DNA from: the human T2T-CHM13v2.0 reference genome, Homo sapiens
Direction: 5' to 3' (one strand)
Assembly: GCF_009914755.1 (NCBI RefSeq)
Contig: NC_060927.1
DNA length: 64,000 nt
The notes below the pieces were generated by a model. It did no database searches and was not told where the DNA came from. It saw only the letters and a list, made by a program, of their open reading frames with translations. The stretch's first letter is position 1. The number at the start of each line of letters is the position of its first letter. The position numbers and the translations under genes were made by a program. Below, one piece after another: positions 54,001 through 64,000 of this stretch.

Positions 54001-55866
54001 TCATAGGAAACACATGTAACTTTACCATGCTGAAGAGAAGGCATGAGGCTGCTTCAAAACTTGTTCCCTCTCCCCCATTATTCCCTCCAGTTTTTTTCTC
54101 TCCTGCTAAATTATACATTGCTCAGATAATCAAATGCCCACACTAAGCAGATGTCCAACTAGTGATTCAGATCTCTGTGTCTGCTTCTCAAAGGTACCCC
54201 TAAATCTTTTGTCCATTAGGATAAAGATGAGTGACCTCAAAAATGTTCTTTTTTTCTCACTTCCCCAGACTTCCTGCATTGATTTGGAGTTAGGTTGAGG
54301 AGCTAACCATGGTTGCTGGTGATTGCTGAGGGTATGCTCTGCCGTTTCTTAGGAAGTTGTGGAAGATATTGGTCTTTTTGTGAATATGTATGACACTATT
54401 CATTTCCTCCCCAGATTTGGGCTCTACATGTCAATCCCTGTGGAATTGAAAAAGTCATGATACTTTGTTGTAAGTCCATATATTATGATAGAAATAGACA
54501 TAAGATGTTAAAGTGGGACTTCTTAAAGTGGGGTTTCAAGTTCCACTGAGATATTGACAGGACAGTTAGGATCCAAAGTGAGTGTGAGTCAGATGTCCTC
54601 CCCTCCCTAACATGTGGAATTACAGTGAAAATTGTTCCAAGAATGTGATAAAATTTTTGGATACAAGCCCCTTAGATAAATTAAAAATATAAGAATAGGT
54701 CATAGAGAAAAGAGAAGGGAGGGATTGGTTAAAAGATATCTTGGGAGAGAGCCATTACCCTGCTACAAATCGTTCCCCTCCCACCACCTCCCCTCCTACC
54801 TTTGAGGAAAGGCTTAGTGGGAAAGTTTTAAAGAGACCGTCATTGAGTGCTTTGATATGTTTGTTCTCCTGTTGGAAGATTCTAGGTATTGGTACTTGAC
54901 TTAGATTCAAAAAAGCTAAAAGCACCGGTGAACTAAGATCTAACTTGCTCTGCCCAGTTTCCCAAAATCTAGAGGGTCAGGTAAGAGCTGACCAACTGTT
55001 TTGGTTGCAAAAGCAGGAGATTGCTGCTGTGTTGGGATCCAGTCTGCCCATCTAAAACTTGGAATGGAAGGCATATTTAAAGCTAGGTTAGATTCAAAGG
55101 TTTGACTATTACTTGGAATTTGCATTTGAAGTATTAAGATGGAAAATAGTTTTATTGCCAAAAGTGAGAAAGAGTTTTTCTTTTTTCTGAGAGTAATCAG
55201 GAAAGTCTAGAGCATGTATTTGCCGATGCCTTCTGGGTGATGGAAAGACGATGTCTCCTACTTCATGAATAAAGTTCAATGAGATGGTAGAACATATAAA
55301 TAAATTGCATTGTCATTATACTTTGCTTATTGATTTTTCAGCTTACTAATCATATGTGCATCTGTGTATGCATATCACAGATGTACAACGCACACACATA
55401 TGCATATATAAAATATTATATATTATATATTGCTGTAGTACCTGTTATTTTCATCCAGTAGTGTATCATGAACTTCTTTACATAAATATATGCATTTTAA
55501 TGTTTCATTTGTCATGATATTTAACTAATACCCTTTTATTAGACATAAATGATGTTTCCGGTTTTCTATATTAAGAATAAGGCTGTGAGAAACATACCTG
55601 TGGCTACACCTTTTCATAGGCCCTTAACTAATTGCTTAGGATAAATTTCTTAAGGCCATTCTTTTTTTCAATATTTTATGGGTCATCATACATGCCTAAG
55701 TCATAATGTGGTAAATATTTTACAACCAATCCTGGAACATTTTATTCATATAAAAATAGCATTTCCATAAGATTCTTGGCAAAATAGCTCCAAAAAGGCA
55801 TGAGTTAGGATGTTTTACTAAGAAAGTACTGATGCCTGATAAAACTATGATGTGCTGTACAGAGCT

Positions 55867-57246
<1,380 letters not shown>

Positions 57247-57997
57247 AAAATTGGTATCTCATTTTCCATCTTTTATGGACCACTTTCTAGGGAACAGTAA
57301 GAGCCTGGAAAATAACTAATGCTAATTTAGGAAGACAGATATTTAACACATGGCCCTCTCATCTGCTCTTCCTTGCCATATATAAAGTTACAGAATGAGT
57401 GTTTCCTTGAAAAATCTAAGAGGATGCATCTCTTGGAGGAACTGATGTTTGGAAAAAGACATCCTGAGGAGGAGGGGAACAACACCACTGTAATGACAAA
57501 GAAGTCTATCCAGGCACAATTGATTGAACATTAGCTTACCTTCATTTTCTTTCTCCCTAACACACTCTGAAGGGACCTGGTGTCTCATCTTCAACTGCAG
57601 CACAAGATAAGAGCACATTTAGTTGCCACTTTACTTTAGATGCAGGAACCAGCATTGACCCTGGTCATTTAAGATCATTCCTACATTTCTAGGTTTCTTA
57701 TCTGCACTCGAGCTTCCATGCACACCCAAAACCTTAGATATCACCCATGTCAAATACCCTGCAGCAATTATTATTTATAGTCACCTCTTTTAGAACTTCG
57801 AAGACTTAAAACCATAGTTATATCTCATTTTATTTTCTCTTAGCTTTCACATTTCACCCTAGGAAACAATATACTATAATGTTTAAGAGTATGGGCTCTG
57901 GAGTAACATCTGGTTAGAAGTTGAAGGCAATCCCTCTATACCTCAGTTTGTTCTTTTTTATAATAGGGTTAAAATTAAAATTAGGAACAGGGGGTTG

Positions 57998-58410
57998 TCA
58001 ACAAGTGGGTAAAGAAAATGTGGTATATATACACCATGGAATAATACTCAGTCATAAAAAGGAATGAAATAATGTCTTTTGCAGCAACTCGAATGCAGCT
58101 GGAGGCGATTATTCTAAGTGAAGTAACTCAGGAATGGAAAACCAAATATCCTTTGTTCTCACTTATAAGTGGGAGCTAAGCTATGAGGATGCAAAGGCAT
58201 AAAAATGATATAATGGACTTCGAGGACTCAAGGAGGGAGAAGGGTGGGAGGGGGTAAGGGATAAAAGACTACACATTGGGTATAGTGTACACTGCTTGGG
58301 TGATGGGTGCACCAAAATCTCAGAAATCACCACTGAAGAACTTATCCATGTAACCGAAAAGCACCTGTACTCCAAAAACTATTGAAATAAAAATAAAAAG
58401 GAAAAAAAAA
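57998..58410 (+). mobile_element. 5'-truncated L1PB1/2 3' end inserted in a MIR
   Basis: gtgggagctaagctatgaggatgcaaaggc...gggtgcaccaaaatctcagaaatcaccac, A tail; degenerate TSD aggaacagggggttg / aagaagagagggtta. Confidence 0.88.
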
Positions 58411-58730
58411 AGAAGAGAGGGTTATGAGTATTGAATTGAGTAGTATATTAGCTGTTACTGTAGCAATTATTGGCTACTTGCCATATCTCAGTAAACATTA
58501 ATTTTTAGTAATTTCATAGTCCAGTTTGGTGGATGTATAGGGAGTATGGATTCTAATTCACACCTACATGCTGAAATTCAGACCTTTCTGACATATGGTT
58601 TGACCTCTTTAAGGGCCTCTCAGTCTTTTACTGGACCCTCTTCTTTCCAGTTAACAGACAAAGGAAGAGACAAAACACAGAAGACTGCCCGATTAGCAAA
58701 GCCAAAAAGTCATGTGCATCCCCCTGTGCG

Positions 58731-58760
58731 CGCACACACAGACACACACAGACACACACA

Positions 58761-58800
<40 letters not shown>
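58731..58800. repeat. Compound (CA)n microsatellite, ~70 bp
   Basis: Repeated gacacacaca units running into pure (ca)n. Confidence 0.95.
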
Positions 58801-58801
<1 letters not shown>

Positions 58802-59259
58802 TTCACTGGACAGACCTCCATCATATGACCCACTCCCCTACATGCAGGTGAGCTGGGAAATGTAATCTGGTTGTATGCCCAAGAGAAACACAACACAGAT
58901 GTTGGTGAACATTTCAGCAAGCCTCTGCTGTTATTATCATTTGGATATAAAACCAACTTTTTTTTTGTTAATTGGCACAACCTCTAAGCATTCTTCCTTT
59001 GATTGTTATTTGCTCTGTTGAAGTTCAATGCAGCCAAGCCCAGAAATCAAAGGTTCTTCTGGTGCTTAGAAACCCTTTAATATAAATATATTATTATCGA
59101 GGCTTATAATGTGAAGTTCTTTACATTTTTGCATAAAAAGTGACCCATAGAAAATAGTCATTTTCAAACACAGAAAACTTTTGTGAGTCAAAACAGTTGG
59201 CACAGAGTACTTAAGACATGCTTGATCCCAACTGGCACCTAAGTAGATAAAAACAAATA

Positions 59260-59582
<323 letters not shown>

Positions 59583-59638
59583 TTAGTTATCTGTTATTCT
59601 TTCTAAAAATTAAAATGGGTTGCATTTCCAAATTTTCT

Positions 59639-59954
59639 TTTCTTTTTTTTTTTTTGAGGCAAAGTCTCACTCTGTCACCCAGGCTGGAGTGCAATGGCAC
59701 AATCTTGGCTCACTGCAAACTCCTCTCACTGCAACCACCACCACCTGGGTTCAAGCGATTCTCCTGTCTCAGTGTCCCGAGTAACTGGGATTACAGGCGT
59801 CCACCACCACGCCTGGCTAATTTTTTGTATTTTTAATAGAGACAGGTTTTTACCATGTTGGCCAGGCTGATCTCAAACTCCTGACCTCAGGTGATCTGCT
59901 CGCCTCAGCCTCCCAAAGTGCTGGGATTTCAGGCATGAGCCACTGCACACAGCC
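59639..59954 (-). mobile_element. AluSx-like with small internal duplication (ctcactgcaa twice)
   Basis: TSD catttccaaattttct (59623-59638 / 59956-59971). Confidence 0.93.
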
Positions 59955-61678
59955 ACATTTCCAAATTTTCTAAAGGCACATTTTGAAAGACATAAATTGA
60001 ATTTAGTAATTGCATGTTTTCTTAAAATTTGATTATTTCTGATTGAATCTGAAAGTAGAAGTCAACATGCATTTGGGAAAGAAAATATCAGAAAAAGGAA
60101 ATGCTTTTGCTCAGCATGCTTAATATAGAAAGTAGGTTTATTAATACAATGTCACCTTCCATTTTGGAAGATTATATTACTAGTGGAAACTTTGCCTTTG
60201 TGGGCTGATAGGGAAAAATGATAAACCATTTGAAATAATTTTTGAAAAGAAATAGAATATTATAAAAAAAACAAGCAGAAGGAGCCATTGTAGTTTCAAC
60301 AGTCTACTTCAGTAGCCCTTCTACAGTTAATCTATTATTGAACCACCAAATATAATCATGCATTCATTCATTTGTTCCATCGTTTATTGAAGATTGATTG
60401 CCACCTGCTATATGCTATACTCTATGTTAGGTCAGATGTTTTTATAACAAATTGTCCTTAACACTATGTTCAATGTTTCAGCAATCTTCTAATTTAGATT
60501 TACATATACAAAGATATATAAATGAATATAGGTATAATGAGAAAGATATATAATTAACCAGTGTTACATTCGACATTGTGTTGTCTAAATGACACATGAG
60601 AAGCTTATTTAATATTCAAATTCTATATTTTTCACTGAAAATCTTAACTTCAATCAATAACTAGTAAATGACCTAAGAAGTTGTGTAACTTTTCTCTTCT
60701 ACTGACAGTATACCGCATTGTTTTTTCTCCTTTCATTTAGTTACTATTTTAAAATTTTTCTTCTTTAATAAGTAAAATACAATTCTATTTTTTTTCAAAA
60801 CTGTGAGACGATGTTTTTTTACATTTTTTGTCCATGTGTGTATTTTTTCTATTAGTTCTCAATAATTTATATAATTTTTTTAGTTGTCGTTTGATATTGC
60901 TTGACCCCACTGAGAGAATTTCTCAATAATTCAGGCTTGATACATTGTTATCAACAATGTCTTTATAAAATGTTTTATTGTTGATTATGATAATCTTTAA
61001 ACACAAATGTTGTGAAAAGTTTTATATATTTATGAATACTATAAAACTTCCAATGCGACCTTGATTTCCTCCACGGAGACTGAATTGGGATAAGAAAAAC
61101 ACTTATTTGCTATGCACCATTTATTAGTCAACCAACATACCATAACTATTGGTTAATTTCTTCAAGCATCCCATTTTATTAGTAAAATAATAATCAGTAT
61201 GCCTTTTATTTACTTCATGTCCCTGAAAATATATAATGTGACTCCTTATTTGGCCTAATGTTGAATAAGCATAAATTAGTTATGTTGAACTCAGTAATTC
61301 AATGAAAGTTATTATCTCCATGGTAGCTGCTTTTGCCTTTCTCAAAAGCATGAATGCTAAGTTTTACTATGAAAACCCACATAACTAAAATGCAAAGAAG
61401 TGGACTCTAAAATTGCATGAAATAGTTCTTAAAAAGTAGTTTTCTAGACCCAGGAAATTTTAGTAAAATTAAGAAAAACAATACATTCCATTGCCACCCA
61501 ACAAGATAAAAAAGATGTCAGGGACTTTTATTATGTTCTAGACTCATGATGTTAAGTGAAACATCAAGTGTTCTATTCTTTTCATCCGTCAACAGAGGTA
61601 GCCAACTACTCTCCTGAAGTAGTGTGTATCCTGCCCTTGCAGGTTGTTATTTCATTCCATATCCATAGCCGTGTATTA

Positions 61679-61903
61679 CAGAAGTCTGCAAACTTTTACT
61701 TAAAGGGCCAACTAGTAAATATTTTAGGTTTTGTGGGTCATAACCTCTCTATGACAGCTACTCAACTCTTCTCTGGTGGCAATAAAAAGCAGCCATAAAC
61801 AAGGTGTAAATAAATAGAGGTGGCTGTATTCCAAGAAAACTTTATTTACATAAACAGATAACAGACCAGATTTGGACCACAAGCCATAGTTTACCAATTC
61901 TTC
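61679..61903 (+). mobile_element. MER58A hAT-Charlie element, apparently within an old antisense L1M
   Basis: gcaaactttt...aaagggccaactagtaaatattttagg...aaactttatttac...ccagatttggaccacaagccatagttt. Confidence 0.8.
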
Positions 61904-62331
61904 ATGTGTTGTATTAGCAAGGGTATTTTTAAATTTTTTAAATAGCATCAAAATGTATTTTAGCAAATTTTTAATTGAATATCATGGTTTTGAGATTTAC
62001 AGATGGATCTAGCCTCTTCATTTCACATGCTATGTCAAATCATTTATTTATCTAATCTTTTAATTATGGGCAGTTATTTAATCCCCCATTTTTTCACAGT
62101 TATCAGCAATGCAGCAATGGTTGTTCTTCAACTTCTCTTTCTGTGTATATATGCAAAAGATTCTCTGTGGTACTGTATTGACTGACATTCAGGGTACTTA
62201 TCAGATTTTCTATGTCTAAATTAGCAGGCTCAAAAGACATTTTCTAGTATATGAAAATCAAGGATAGCTGAGATCAGCTAACTTTTTTGGTGAATATAGA
62301 CTGAATTAAAGTGTCGAAGCCACTGTTTTTA

Positions 62332-62688
<357 letters not shown>

Positions 62689-63239
62689 AGGTGGCAGAAA
62701 TGGTAAATTTAAATACTATGATCTATTTATTTAACTGAAATGTTGCCAAAAAATAGACTTTATTTTTGAAGGTGACAATTGAATCCTTTCTGATTGTAAA
62801 ACACAGGCTTTTTCTATTAGAGGATTGATAGATTTGATCTATTAATTAGATCAAATCCTCTATTAGAGGATTGAATCTATTTGATAGATTCCATGTTAAT
62901 TTTTCTGGTACTTCAATCAAATGCCATTTTATATGCTTTAACTTTGTTTTTATTTTCCTCTTGCACTCAAACCAGCTAATTCAAAGGATAGTGTTCATTT
63001 TATTCAAACTTAGCTATTTATAAACTCAGAATACAAGTATCCCCTTTTGCCCTAAGATATTTTCTGTCACTAATTAGGTTTTGCTTTGCAAGATTATATC
63101 ATTCAAAGTCCTTTTCCTGTTACTCAGGTAAACTGTCATTGGATAGACAGTTCAAAGTGTTACTTTGTAAACTAATTAATGCACGTGGTGCTACAAAATT
63201 CCAAGAATACAAGAAAGTCCACAATAAAAAGTAATTCTC

Positions 63240-63375
63240 CCTGGGCATGGTAGCAGGTGCCTAAAACCCAGCTACTCCAGAGACCAGAGACTGAGGTGGT
63301 GGGAGGATTGCTTGAGCCCAGAAGATTGCGACCAACCTGGGCAACAAAGCAAGATCCCGTCTCAATAAACAAACC
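63240..63375 (+). mobile_element. FLAM/FAM-like Alu monomer
   Basis: cccagctactc...gggaggattgcttgagcccagaag...cctgggcaacaaagcaaga. Confidence 0.7.
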
Positions 63376-64000
63376 AACCTTGCTCCAGTTTCCCTCCTGG
63401 GAAGCAACCATTGTTATCAGATTCTTCAACCCTCTACTAGAGATACTGATTGCCTAGAATGGTCCTGTTTTATGACTGGAATACACTGGCTTCCTATAGA
63501 AGTGCAAATGTGAATCCAAGTTCATATATCCCCTTGCTGTTTTTCTGCCCAAATGGAATTCATTATCCAAACAGCCAAGTATACATATCTGTCAATATGA
63601 TACATTTTTAGAGTAAGTTTTCATATAAGCATCCAGATACAATTTGATTTTTCTTTTATTTATCTAAAATTTTGCTTGGGTTATGAAGTTTCTTGATTTA
63701 TTTTCTACAACTTTCCCTACTTTCCATTGTCCCAGCATTTTGTATTTAGCTCTTTAATTCATAATCATGGACTCTATCTTGAGTAAGCTCCTGGACCTCC
63801 TGATTATTTTAGTCTTATTTCAGGCTTATTTCTACACCTGGAAATAGTCTACAATGCTACTGGACAGGAATCAGGGTTTTTTACATGACTCCCAAAACAA
63901 AGTGGGACAGTAGTCACTTAATACTGAGTTATACAAGCAAAGCTGACAAGCATAGGCTTATAAAGAAACCATATAAAATTAGGCACCATTTCTGCCTTCC

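Overview
Primate (human or close ape) genomic DNA lying entirely inside RBMS3 (3p24, + strand). The only host coding sequence is one 80-bp exon (5368-5447, [28 protein letters not shown], end of RRM2). The rest is AT-rich intron carrying transposable-element fossils: a ~6.2-kb L1PB1, three short L1PA insertions (two 5'-inverted), about ten Alu copies or fragments, MaLR/ERV solo LTRs, Tigger/Charlie/MER DNA transposons and MIR/L2 relics. There is also a mitochondrial insertion (ND3 end, tRNA-Arg, ND4L) nested in Tigger1. Almost all ORFs in the track are repeat-derived or spurious, and I see no new multi-gene system. Best leads: (1) a decayed Ty3/Gypsy-like protease-RT fossil at ~41.15-41.93 kb; (2) several locally templated insertion scars, including a near-perfect 163-bp copy moved 2.1 kb and a three-hairpin patchwork; (3) a candidate CA-repeat-containing cryptic poison exon; (4) two extreme twin-priming L1 architectures. 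Repeat subfamily names come from my memory of consensus sequences, not from a search, and boundaries of old repeats are approximate.
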